NCBI GenBank assembly: GCA_963804995.1 | Contig: CAWDSK010000001.1 | Location: 608,001 to 672,000 of the forward strand | DNA: 64,000 nucleotides | From: an uncultured Acidobacteriota bacterium | GTDB lineage: Bacteria > Acidobacteriota > Terriglobia > UBA7540 | Direction of reading: 5' to 3' | Shown here: in pieces, positions 19,100-29,210 of the stretch | Position numbering within the stretch: the first letter of the stretch is position 1 | Layout of the letters: each line of letters starts with the position of its first letter | The notes under the pieces: generated by a model | Databases searched by the model: none | The model's input: the letters and a program-made list of their open reading frames with translations, nothing else | What the model was told of the DNA's origin: nothing | Translations under genes and position numbers: made by a program

Positions 19100-22000
19100 C
19101 AGCCGACAACCCTCTCATTCTCTTCCGGGTGCGACTGGATGGATTCCGCGATGATGTCGCCCGCATCCTGCATGGCTTGAGTTTGGGTCCAATCCAGGCG
19201 ATGTAGCGGTTTCAACATGTACGTTTTGGACGGTTCGTATACGCGGAGGTTGCGGTGAAAGTAGAGCCATTGGGCGCGCTTCTCGATCAATTGGGTCTGA
19301 GCTGCCTCAAATTCATGTGCGCCTTCATCAGTTGCTTTCATAACCCGGACCGGCAAGCGCCCCGTGGCCCCGCTCACGATCTCAATAACGGTCAGACCCG
19401 AACCGCCAGCATAAAAAACATCGACGCGGTGACGGATGCCAGTTTTCTCGCCCACGAATCCATCAAGTTCATCGCGAAGTGTTCCAGCGTACGATTTCAA
19501 TTCCTCCACCTTCGGAGGATCAATTGCTTCCTTTCCGATTTTGCCCTGATTCAAGGAAAGGCGAACGTGAACTAGATCATGGATCGCGGCTCTGGCTCAA
19601 CTACCGAGCCTCAAGGAATCGAAAGTTAAATCGTTCAACTCACGAATCAAGTCTGGCCGTTCGAAGCTAGCCTTCCGACCAATGGCCTTCGCGATGTTGG
19701 AATAAAGAGATGTCCAATCGCCCAGCAAATTCGGATCCGCAAATGGGATCGGCAGGGTCCGTAGCGTCTTGAGCGAAAAGATCGTCTTTTGTATCCCGGC
19801 TTGGGACGTGCTAAGAAACTGGTGGTATATTGCGAAATCAGAGTTGAGGTAGAGGGCGAGCGCCTTTAAAAGGGGTTCGTTACCCCGGGGTGAAATGACA
19901 CCAACCTGACCGGGAGGTACGACAATAGCGTGCTCAGTGTACACCGCGAAGGTCCTTGACTCTCCCACCAAAACGTGTGGAGGCTGAGAAACCCTAAACG
20001 GTCTCGCGAACCTACCGCGCCTTACAAACGACTGGCTGGCCGACAGAGGCTGAAGTAACTCAATTGGGAAATCGAATAAGTACCTGCAGTTCTTGAGGGG
20101 CTCGACCGATAAGAGTGGCTTCCCAACAAGTTCGGGATGAAACTTGGCCCCCTCCCTTTTGGCTTGATCCTTGTTTCTTGTTTCAAGCCCCTGCGAAGCC
20201 AAGAGGATTCCTTCTTTTTCCAGTTGTCCGAAGGTCTGGAAGTGACGTTGCACAGCGCCAAGCACCTTCGCGTCGATTGACGAGCCCCACATTGCCAGCT
20301 TCCAAGGCAGCGAGCTTCCGTCGATGACCTCAGAATAAGCTAGTTCTCGCAGTTCGCTCGTGTTGACGATTAGGTTCCAGACAGGAACTCGCTTCCCAGT
20401 CCTCCATTGGGCTGCTGGCTGAGTAGCAACAAACGGGGAATACACCTCGACTGCCTCTGGGCCGCATTGAAGGTCTAGTTGTTGGGGTTTCGGGGAATAG
20501 AAAAATGCTGCCGCGGGAAGTCTGGCCCGGCCTGCAAATAATACTTCTGCGAGGTTCGCGAAATTGGCCACGGACCATAGTTGATTTTTCTGCAAAAAAG
20601 CCGCGCGAAAGGCTTTCGACTCGTACTTGAACAATGTCATGGCAGGAAGCAGCAAGCCAACGACAGCATCTGCCGCAACCAGATCAGAAGCCCGCCACGC
20701 GAATGCTTCGGCCATCTGATTTCCGCCAATCGGGTGCTCGGCCCCGTTGCGTTGCATCCAATTCATTGCTGGCTTGTCGACATTATCGAGCCGATTGGGA
20801 TTTAATTCTTTCCAGGGAGGATTACCCACGATCCAATCGAACCGCTTCCGTTGTATCAAATGCTGCCACTCACCACTTTCCGTGAAGGTATCGGCGTGGA
20901 AAATGTTCTGATTTCTCAGAGGTGGGAGCTTGAACTTTGTCTTTGTCAGGTCTGGCGGGTCAACGTACTCAAGCAGAGTGAGCGACAGGCTCAACTCCGC
21001 AATCTGGCAGGCATCCTCGTCAAGGTCGATCCCAAAAATGTGGTGCGTAAGAAGACTCCCGAGTTCAGCGGGGCGAAGCTGCTTTTGGGGGCACGCTGCC
21101 AAGCGGCGCTCAATCAGCTTTCTGTAACATTGGACCAGAAAAGCACCCGATCCACACGCCGGGTCCAGCACCCTCATTCCGGGCGTCAAAGGCTTGTGTG
21201 AGTCCAGCCGATCCACCATGAAGTTCACGACCGGCACTGGCGTGTAGTAAGCCCCTCGGGCGGCCCCTTCTGATCTTGCTGACGGGTGGTGGGTGGCGTG
21301 GAGGAACTGCTCGTAGATGACTGACAGGGTTTCAATGGGGATCAGCGAAAAATCGTAGATGTCGAAAAGAGGCAGTTGGCCCTCGGCGGTTCCCCCATGG
21401 AACACGGAAGCCACTCTCCGCAGCCGCTCTGCTCCAAACTCTTGAATCTTCGTACGTGAGAGCGGGAACACTGAGCCATTCAGCCATTCGTCAATACGCT
21501 GCACTAGTTCCGCAAATATGCTAAGCCGCGCATGCTGACCGAAAGCCTCATCATAGGAAATGTCCCACTCTTTCAGTTTAGCGTCGGAAAGTATATTTCG
21601 TTGCCGCAAATAGCGTAGGTATACGAACTTCCCAATCATGGAGTGCGAGAGGGCACGATTCTCAACGCCGTTTTCGCATAGCCAGTCATCCAGAGCGCGG
21701 AGATTCTTGAGGAGCCTCCAGTCAACCCTCGACTCCGGCGTCACCTGACTGCCCCATTCCTTCCATACAGCCCCCGAGTCGACAGCGGCGCCTCGAATCG
21801 ATGCAAGCTGAGCCGCGACTTGTCCAAAATCATTGATGGCACGAAGCGCGCCAAGGTTTGGGTCGTCTCCAGCATGATCGTCATAGCGGAACCCCGGGTA
21901 AAGACGCACCCATCCGGGACTCACGACTAGCAAAAAGGGGACGACGTTTTGGTTCCAGACTTTCCTGTGGATTTCCCGCGCTTGCTGTTCCGAATCAGCC

Positions 22001-22203
22001 TGGCAAACATAAACGACTGGAACATCTGATTGGGAAGGGTCGTAGGCGCTGCCGCGAAGTGTGTAGACCCCCTTGAGGTCACACGCCTGTTGCGCCATTC
22101 GGAGGATGTGGCCGTAGTTGGGGTCAAGTCTAAGAGCGTCACCGGAACGATAGTTCGGCGAATCGGTGTATTGGAGAGCACCCAGGACGTCCCCAAGAAT
22201 CAT
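19099..22203 (-). pseudogene. N-6 adenine DNA methylase (Eco57I/type IIG-like) with one in-frame TGA at 19597-19599
   Basis: YYTP, VLDPACGSGAFL (motif I), IVGNPPW (motif IV); reading continues in frame LRLGS*ARAAIHDLVHVRLSLNQGK. Confidence 0.8.
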
Positions 22204-22523
22204 GTTGGTCACATTGCCTGGCAAGCTTTTCCCTTGGATTACAACCGCCGTCTCACCCACACTGGCTAACGCGTGAAAATGCGCTGGCTTTGAATCGCTG
22301 CGCGGCCTGCTTTTTAATCGCCCGGCTATTCCGCCCCAGCAGCCGTAGATTACCCTTGCACGTGCCTCACTCCGTGAGCCGAATTGTATCACGATCGCGC
22401 AAGCGAATAAAAGGCGAATACATGGCGAATACGCGGCATCAGAATTTTATTCGCGCCTCAATTCACGCTGCGGAAAGGGCACATTGAGTCTCCGAACAAA
22501 TTCACTTGGCTGTGTAGTCGCCT

Positions 22524-22829
22524 CATGCTTATCCGGTTGTTTCAGCAAGCCACAATTAGTAGTATATGGGCATGCCCCGCCCAGCGTTTCCGAAAACCTT
22601 GCGCGAGTTCCGCGGGCCGCGAGTTCCGCCAGGCTTATCCTGATGAATTCGCCGTTCGCCATAATCGGCGCAAGAAACCTATGGCGGCTTTCCAAACCCT
22701 GTTGGGACTCGGAACCACGCACAAGTCCACGACCTATAAGGAGATGCGAAGCACGTGGACCTTGCCAAGCCGCCAAGCCATGGCTGACCACAACATATTG
22801 TGGCTTGCTGAAACAACCGGATAAGCATG
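22524..22829. mobile_element. IS1595-family-derived MITE (internally deleted element)
   Basis: Perfect 33-bp TIR CATGCTTATCCGGTTGTTTCAGCAAGCCACAAT; 8-bp direct repeat AGTCGCCT at 22516-22523 and 22830-22837; internal QAYPDEFAVRHNRRKKPMAAFQTLLGL resembles the IS1595 transposase C-terminus. Confidence 0.85.
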
Positions 22830-23023
22830 AGTCGCCTAACCATGCATATAGTCCGCCCGGTCACTTCGGGCGATTGCACTTGGAGGACAGCGCACCTTGA
22901 AACCGTACTTCGCCGGATTGGGAACGAAAACGTCTGTATTGAAATTGGCCAGCCTGCACCACTTGCATGCAATTGCACCCGGAAGGCGCGCTCCCCGAAC
23001 GTGAGTCAGCGCGGACCTGTTTC

Positions 23024-23398
23024 GTAGCGCGGTCTCCCGTTTTTGGGGTTCTTCGTTTGGAAAACCTCCAACCCGGGCGGCTGTAGCACAGCCACTCCTG
23101 GCTGTGTCGCCAAGCGCGAACGTCCGGCCGCATTCACAGCGAGGTAGCGCAGAGTCTCGCGCTCTTCGAGACTCTGCGGCTTTTCGTTTCTTGGCCGCGA
23201 CCGGCGATCACCACTTATTTCCCCAATGGACACTGCATCACCGTGTTAGGTGGTTAATACGTGCGTTAATACTATAGCGTATGCTCATTAGATTAAGAGC
23301 CGCAGAGTCTGAAAGGGCCAGACTCTGCGCTACCTCCTCGTGCCTGCTGTAGCGCAGCCACTCCTGGCTGTGTCGCCAAGCGCGAACGTCCGGCCGCA
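23024..23398. repeat. Cluster of GTAG-type REP hairpins, including a roughly 52-bp direct repeat
   Basis: GTAGCGCGGTCTCCCG, GTAGC(A/G)CAGCCACTCCTGGCTGTG twice (about 23081 and 23346), GTAGCGCAGAGTCTC and GACTCTGCGCTAC. Confidence 0.75.
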
Positions 23399-23564
23399 AA
23401 ATGGCGTTTGTGGGTGGGCAAGACCAGCGTTAATATAGCCCGCTGAAGCGCAGCGCGGCGGGGCCGCAACCAAACAGGCGTCATAGCCCTCTCCCCCGGG
23501 GGAGAGGGTGGATCGCGGCTTCTTTGACTGACCGGATTTTAATTTCATCCAGGGGGAGGAACCG

Positions 23565-24890
23565 ATGAGGAATTGGACGCGAAGAGGCTTTCTGGGAGCA
23601 ATGGCGGGGGCAGCGGCGGCAAAATCCTTGGGGGCTGAGCCCAAGGGCATTCCACCGATGCCGCAGCCCCAGATGGGGCGGGGTGTTATCAAGATTAAAA
23701 TCACCGATTTGAAATGTGCCATCATTGGCCAGAACCCGGTGGTGCGCGTGGTGACGGATCAGGGCATCTCGGGCTATGGCGAAGCCGAGTCCGTAAAGAA
23801 CTATCTCAAGCCGATGGTCTTGTTTTACAAGCAGTTTCTTCTGGGCGAAGATCCCACGGACGTGCAACGCGTGATGCTGAAGATTCGCCGCATGGGAGCG
23901 TTCAAGCCTTGGGGTGCAGCGGTGAGCGCCATCGAGATTGCCTTGTGGGACATTGCCGGGCAGGTGGCCGGGCAGCCGGTCTACAAGCTGCTGGGCGGAA
24001 AGATGCGCGACCGTGTACGCGCCTACGACGGGGCGGTGCGCTTCCCCATGCACGGCGAAACGCCTGCCGATTACGCCGAGAACACGCAAAAGATCAAAGA
24101 ATCCAAGGAAGGTTTCACCCTGATCAAACAGTCGGTGGGGTTTCACATTTCCGAAATGATCCGTGGTGTGCCCGACGGCTGGTTCGACTCTCCGGGACGC
24201 ACCGGACCAGGCCATCCTGACAGCGGCGTGCTGACCCAGCGCGGCATGGAACACATCGTGGCTTGCTGCGAAGCCATGGCCAAGGTGCTGGGCGATGAAG
24301 TTGCTCTGGCCCTGGATTGCGGACCCGGGTGGACCCTCAAGGACGCCATCACCTTTGCACACGCCATGGAACCGTACCATATCGAATGGCTCGAAGACGT
24401 GCTGACCGGCGACTATTCGGTTTATCCCAACGCGCAGTTGTTTAAGGAACTCACGCAGGCGACGTCGCTGAAGATTCATACGGGCGAAGAGATTTACCTG
24501 CGGGAGAACTTTAAGGACCTGATCGAAAACCAGGCAGTCAATGTGATCGGACCGGACCCGGAAGATGTAGGCGGCATGGCGGAACTGAAGTGGATCGCCG
24601 AGTACGCCGATCTGCATGGCATCCTCGTGGCTCCCCACGGAATCTGCGACGGGCTGATTGGGCTCGCCGCGCTCGTTCACATGTCGGCGACTCTGCCCCA
24701 GAACTACATCGCCTTCGAGTATCCCATCGGCGAGGAGGAATGGTGGTACGACATCATCGAGGGGCTGCCCGACCCCATCATGAAGAAGGGCTTCATCGAC
24801 ATATGGGACGCACCGGGTCTGGGCATCAGATTCAATGTCCCCAAAGCGAAAGCGCATCTCAGGCCGGAAGATCGCGACTTTTTCGACTGA
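23565..24890 (+). CDS. Mandelate racemase/muconate lactonizing enzyme family protein with Tat signal
   Basis: TRRGFL twin-arginine leader; SAIEIALWDIAG, WLED, TGEE, APH motifs. Confidence 0.88.
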   Translation: MRNWTRRGFLGAMAGAAAAKSLGAEPKGIPPMPQPQMGRGVIKIKITDLKCAIIGQNPVVRVVTDQGISGYGEAESVKNYLKPMVLFYKQFLLGEDPTDVQRVMLKIRRMGAFKPWGAAVSAIEIALWDIAGQVAGQPVYKLLGGKMRDRVRAYDGAVRFPMHGETPADYAENTQKIKESKEGFTLIKQSVGFHISEMIRGVPDGWFDSPGRTGPGHPDSGVLTQRGMEHIVACCEAMAKVLGDEVALALDCGPGWTLKDAITFAHAMEPYHIEWLEDVLTGDYSVYPNAQLFKELTQATSLKIHTGEEIYLRENFKDLIENQAVNVIGPDPEDVGGMAELKWIAEYADLHGILVAPHGICDGLIGLAALVHMSATLPQNYIAFEYPIGEEEWWYDIIEGLPDPIMKKGFIDIWDAPGLGIRFNVPKAKAHLRPEDRDFFD

Positions 24891-25151
24891 TCGGATTCAA
24901 ATTTCCGTCAGTGGGAGGAACGCAAAATTGGTCGCCCGCCATTAAGATCGGCGGACTTTCAGCCGCGGCGACACGGTGGCTACCCGCTTGGACGTAAAGA
25001 CACGCTGAACCACCAAGACACCAAGGCACGAAGTTACGCCATTTGTTAGACAATCCTCGCCAGAGCTTTCTAGTATCTTGGTACCTGGGTGGTGAAAGAT
25101 TTGCGAGCGCGGTCGTTACCGCCACCATTGACCGGAAGTTTGGCATCAAGG

Positions 25152-25192
25152 GAAAAGCCCACGGACAGAACAACCCTGTCCGTGGCTACCCC
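25152..25192 (-). repeat. Solo REP hairpin of the 45-53 kb family, abutting the IS701 end
   Basis: GAAAAGCCCACGGACAGAACAACCCTGTCCGTGGCTACCC. Confidence 0.75.
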
Positions 25193-26551
25193 CTACGTTA
25201 AGTTAAGGTAGACGGTTTCGTTTGCAAATTATGCTGCCACAATACGCACACTCGCCGGTCCAGGTGAATAACAAGCGTTGGATCTCACGGCGCGTCTGTG
25301 GCAGGGTCCACCCAGAAGTTTTTTTTGCTCCGCAACATCTCCAAGGTCAGGAAAGCATGCGCCAACATGACCAGGGTGACGTGGTGATGCCAGCCCGTCC
25401 AATTGCGGCCCTCGTAGTGATCCAGCCCCAGTTCCTCCTTGAGCTGCTGATAGTCCTGTTCGATCTTCCAGCGGCTTTTGACGATGCGCACCAGCCGTCG
25501 CAGGGGGTAGTTCTCCGGCAGGTCGCAGAGAAAATATTTCGTGGGCTCGGGCTCGCCGGGCGGCCATTCCACCAGCAACCAGACCTGCGGGTGGGGCGGG
25601 TCACCTTCGTCGAATCCGTGCCCGGGCTGGACGCGGGCCGCGTAGAAGCGGGACTCCAACCCGCCTTTCGTGCCTTCTCGCCAGCGCACTTGCTTCCACC
25701 CCCGGGCCTTCTCCGCCACTTCCCGTACCGCGCACGGCCGCTGCTCGCCGTAATGGTAAACTGTCGGCCAACGTCCTCGCCCCCGGGTTTTCCGCCAGCG
25801 CGGCGGTTTCGTCCACACCCGCACGGTGGAAGGAATGCCCACGGCATAAGGAAGTTGGCGAGCCTGCAGCCCCTGGCGAAATTCCGTCACTTCCCCGTAG
25901 GCGGCGTCCGCCAGCACCACCCCGCAGCGCAAACCCCAGGCGCGCGCCTCGTCGATCATTTCCAGCGCCAGTTGCCATTTCGTCTGGAATTTCACCGCGG
26001 CGGGGATGCCCGCGGCGCGGCGCCGCTCGGGATCCTGCGTCCAGCTTTCCGGCAAGTAGAGCCGCCAGTCCAGGATGGTACTTTCTTCCCCTCCCACCTG
26101 ATGCAGGCTCACGGCCACTTGGCAATTGGCCGTCTTCCCCAAGGTGCCGGAGTATTGCCGCGCTACTCCCACCGAGTGGTGACCCTGTTTGGGGAATCCC
26201 GTGTCGTCGATGACCCAGAGGGGATCGGGCAGCAGTTCTGCCGTCATGCGTCGCGCCAAGCGTTCCCAAACCGGAGCCCATGGCCAAGGACTTTGTCCGA
26301 TCAACTGCTGCAGGGCCTGGACATTCCCCTCGGGCAAACGTGCCGCCATCGGCTCGATCGATTTGCGTTCCCCGTCCCGCAACAGGCCGCGGACGTATAC
26401 CGAACTCCAATGCCGTCGCTCGCGCCGCCCCAGCGGCTCCAGCAGGTCGGCCAAGAATTGTTCCAAACGCTTTCGACATTTCTCGATTTCGCTCTCGGTC
26501 ATGGACCGGAGCTTAACACCTCCCCTGCGGGAGGTCAATAACTTAACGTAG
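25193..26551 (-). mobile_element. IS701-family insertion sequence
   Basis: Terminal inverted repeats CTACGTTAAGTTA and TAACTTAACGTAG around the transposase. Confidence 0.85.
25285..26502 (-). CDS. IS701 family transposase
   Basis: RKSIEPMA, IDDTGFPKQG.HSVGVARQYSG.LGK.ANCQ, ADAAYG, RWKIE..YQQLKEELGLDHYEGR.W.GWHHH. Confidence 0.95.
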   Translation of the reverse strand: MTESEIEKCRKRLEQFLADLLEPLGRRERRHWSSVYVRGLLRDGERKSIEPMAARLPEGNVQALQQLIGQSPWPWAPVWERLARRMTAELLPDPLWVIDDTGFPKQGHHSVGVARQYSGTLGKTANCQVAVSLHQVGGEESTILDWRLYLPESWTQDPERRRAAGIPAAVKFQTKWQLALEMIDEARAWGLRCGVVLADAAYGEVTEFRQGLQARQLPYAVGIPSTVRVWTKPPRWRKTRGRGRWPTVYHYGEQRPCAVREVAEKARGWKQVRWREGTKGGLESRFYAARVQPGHGFDEGDPPHPQVWLLVEWPPGEPEPTKYFLCDLPENYPLRRLVRIVKSRWKIEQDYQQLKEELGLDHYEGRNWTGWHHHVTLVMLAHAFLTLEMLRSKKNFWVDPATDAP

Positions 26552-26564
26552 TAGTATTGGGGGC

Positions 26565-26710
26565 TCGGGGTTAGGGTCCTGACTCCTAGCTTCTAACTCC
26601 TGGCTCCTGACTCCTCTCCCCCAGCCCCGTATCCCGAGTCGCGAACCCAGATTCCCGATTCCAGATTTGAGATCGCCGAGTCCCGAATCCCGTACCCCGT
26701 TTCCCGGCCG
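26565..26710. repeat. Degenerate heptamer tandem repeats
   Basis: tcctgac tcctagc ttctaac tcctggc tcctgac; cccgatt/cccgaat/cccgtac. Confidence 0.65.
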
Positions 26711-27074
26711 CCGGGCCCTCACCACTCTGACATTTTATCCTCCCAGCGGTGTCCCAGAAGTACCCCGTAGCGCGTCATAGCGGGCGTTGTCCCACCAAAT
26801 GTCACATCTTCATGCGTTATTTTCCCATGACTTTTAACAGGCGGATTCGCCGCGCTGCGCTATCTTATGCCGGCGATTACGCCAAAGGCCGCTTGAGGTC
26901 AGGCGGTTTCACGCCGCCTCGGACACGTTTCGATCGTCCGAGTGCGAGCGGTGCGTGGAACGGGCTATCGCCCTACCGCTTTTCTGCGCGCCCCCACTCC
27001 GAGGCCCCAGGGGAAAGGAGTCAAGATTCGCCAGTCAGCCCGCGCATTCTGAAGGCGGCGACGGGCCCCCTGCC

Positions 27075-28784
27075 TCAGGAAACATTCTCTTGAAAATAGG
27101 CGTTGGAGATGTACTGTGACACCATCCTTTGGGTGTTGAAGAACGACCCGTTGATGGCGATGGCGGAACGCATGACCGTGGCATAAGCCCTGGGCCGGCC
27201 ATAGAACATGGGGAGGATGACCGTTTCCAACTTTGCGTAAAGCGAATTCTCCTCCGCATCCTGGTTCTCCATGGTTTCAGTCCCGTGACCGATCGCCCAG
27301 CCCGTGATGCCTTCGATGCAACCCTCCACCCACCAGCCGTCCAGAATACTCAAACTCGGAACGCCATTGAGGGCAGCTTTCATGCCGCTCGTGCCGGAGG
27401 CCTCTTGGGGGCGCTTGGGTGTGTTCAGCCACAGATCCACCCCACTGTACAGAAGCGGCGCCCACGTCCAATTGTAGTCGGGTACATAGACAATCTTGAC
27501 GGCGTCTTTCAAAGTATCGGCCGCCTGGAAGATGCGGCGGATGACGTCCTTGCCGCCACCATCCGCGGGATGCGCCTTGCCGCCGTAGACGACCTGAAGG
27601 GGCCCTACATTCTGGGCAATCCATTTTAAATGGTCGGCCTTCGAAAACAGCAAGTCGGCGCGCTTATAAGTGGCGGCACGGCGGGCGAATCCGATGGTCA
27701 TGACCTTGTCGTCCAATTGGACTCCCGTACGTTTTTGAACTTCTGCCATCAGCGCCCGCTTAGCCAGGGCGTGGGCCTTCAAAATTTCCTCAGCAGGGAT
27801 GCCGATCGCATAGCGCAAATAGAGGTTATCCCTTCGCCATTCCGGCATGTAACGGTCGAAGAGATCGCGCAAGGGAGGCGTGGTCCAGGTGAGCCCGTGG
27901 ACTCCGTTGGTGATGGCTCGTACGGAGTACTGCGGGAACATATGGCGCGAGACTTCCCCATGTTGCATGGCGACGCCGTTCACATACCGGGATCCGATGA
28001 GCGCCAGGTACGTCATGTTCAAATGTCCGTCCAGGCACGCGCCATGGGCGATGAGGGCGGCGGTGCGGTCCTCACCCAACACCTGGCGAACCATGTCGAT
28101 GCTGAACTGGTCATGGCCGGCCGGAACCGGAGTGTGCGTCGTAAACACACACTTGTGCCGGACGTCGATAACATCCTCCGGCCGCGTGTCGCGCACGTTG
28201 CGCCCCGCCAAGCGCTGTTCAATCAGGGCCAACACCAGCAACGCGGCGTGGCCTTCGTTCATGTGATAGCTCGAGATGTGGTGGTGGCCCAGCTTCGGCA
28301 GGATGGCGACGCCTCCCATGCCCAGCAGGACTTCCTGGCACAGCCGGTAGTGGATGTCTCCGCCATAGAGATAATCCGTGAGCGTCTGGTCCCAAGGGGA
28401 ATTGTCGGGCAGAGCCGTGTCAAGCAGGTAGACCGGCAGCACGTCCCCGCCAATGCCTTCCACCAGGTATCGCCAGGCGCGCAGCTTGACCTCGCGTCCC
28501 TCAATGTTCACCGTAACCACGGGCTTCATCAGTTCCAACTTTTCCTCGGGATTCCACTGGACTGGCGACTCCGATTGGTTGCCGTGGCCGTCCAAATGTT
28601 GCGAGAAATAGCCCTTGCGATGGAGGAGGGTGACGGCCACCATGCGGGCTCCAATATCCGCGGCGGAGCGCAGCGTGTCTCCGGCCAGCACTCCCAGGCC
28701 CCCACTGTAGGTCGGAACGGCAGGGTCGAGAGCAATTTCCATCGAGAAATAAGCAACGCGCGAAGGAGAAACAGGTGGAATCAT
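27075..28784 (-). CDS. glgP: Alpha-glucan phosphorylase
   Basis: YFSMEI, YSGGLGVLAGD, HMNEGH, FTTHTP, ARRAATYKRA, EASGTSGMKAALNG. Confidence 0.94.
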   Translation of the reverse strand: MIPPVSPSRVAYFSMEIALDPAVPTYSGGLGVLAGDTLRSAADIGARMVAVTLLHRKGYFSQHLDGHGNQSESPVQWNPEEKLELMKPVVTVNIEGREVKLRAWRYLVEGIGGDVLPVYLLDTALPDNSPWDQTLTDYLYGGDIHYRLCQEVLLGMGGVAILPKLGHHHISSYHMNEGHAALLVLALIEQRLAGRNVRDTRPEDVIDVRHKCVFTTHTPVPAGHDQFSIDMVRQVLGEDRTAALIAHGACLDGHLNMTYLALIGSRYVNGVAMQHGEVSRHMFPQYSVRAITNGVHGLTWTTPPLRDLFDRYMPEWRRDNLYLRYAIGIPAEEILKAHALAKRALMAEVQKRTGVQLDDKVMTIGFARRAATYKRADLLFSKADHLKWIAQNVGPLQVVYGGKAHPADGGGKDVIRRIFQAADTLKDAVKIVYVPDYNWTWAPLLYSGVDLWLNTPKRPQEASGTSGMKAALNGVPSLSILDGWWVEGCIEGITGWAIGHGTETMENQDAEENSLYAKLETVILPMFYGRPRAYATVMRSAIAINGSFFNTQRMVSQYISNAYFQENVS

Positions 28785-29082
28785 GGCAACCTCGCTTTAA
28801 TAGTCTCAAACGTAGCGGACTTTCCCGGCCTCATCCTCGGGCACAGCTCAAACCCCAGAACGGTAGTCAGCAAAACCACAGTCAATCAGAGAGAGTTCGC
28901 CTCGCGAATCCTCACCTTCCTTATCGGCCTGACGGCGAAACAGGATGAGGGAGAATTAAATCCTTCCAGATAGTTTCGTTGGTTTAGTCCGGGTTTTTCA
29001 TCAAAGAAGGGAACAAAGGGGCTCAAACCCCGCACTTCCGACCGTTCGAAGAAAACACTTCGGCGTGCTGGGAAATCCCACC

Positions 29083-29210
29083 CTAGCAGGCTGTTGAAAA
29101 ACCCTCACGGTGCGAGGTAGCGGCGGGTTTACCCCGCCATATCGCCAACGATTTCAACAGCGGATGGCGGGGTAAACCCGCCGCTACATCGTCTTTCATC
29201 AGCCTGCTAG
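29083..29210. mobile_element. MITE with IS-type ends enclosing a REP doublet
   Basis: CTAG-CAGGCTGTTGAAA...TTTCATCAGCCTG-CTAG; internal GTAGCGGCGGGTTTACCCCGCCAT...ATGGCGGGGTAAACCCGCCGCTAC. Confidence 0.72.

Noticed and set aside
19597..19599. Selenocysteine codon
   Set aside because: Not a redox-enzyme context, and I recognised no SECIS-like hairpin; a nonsense change or base error is simpler.
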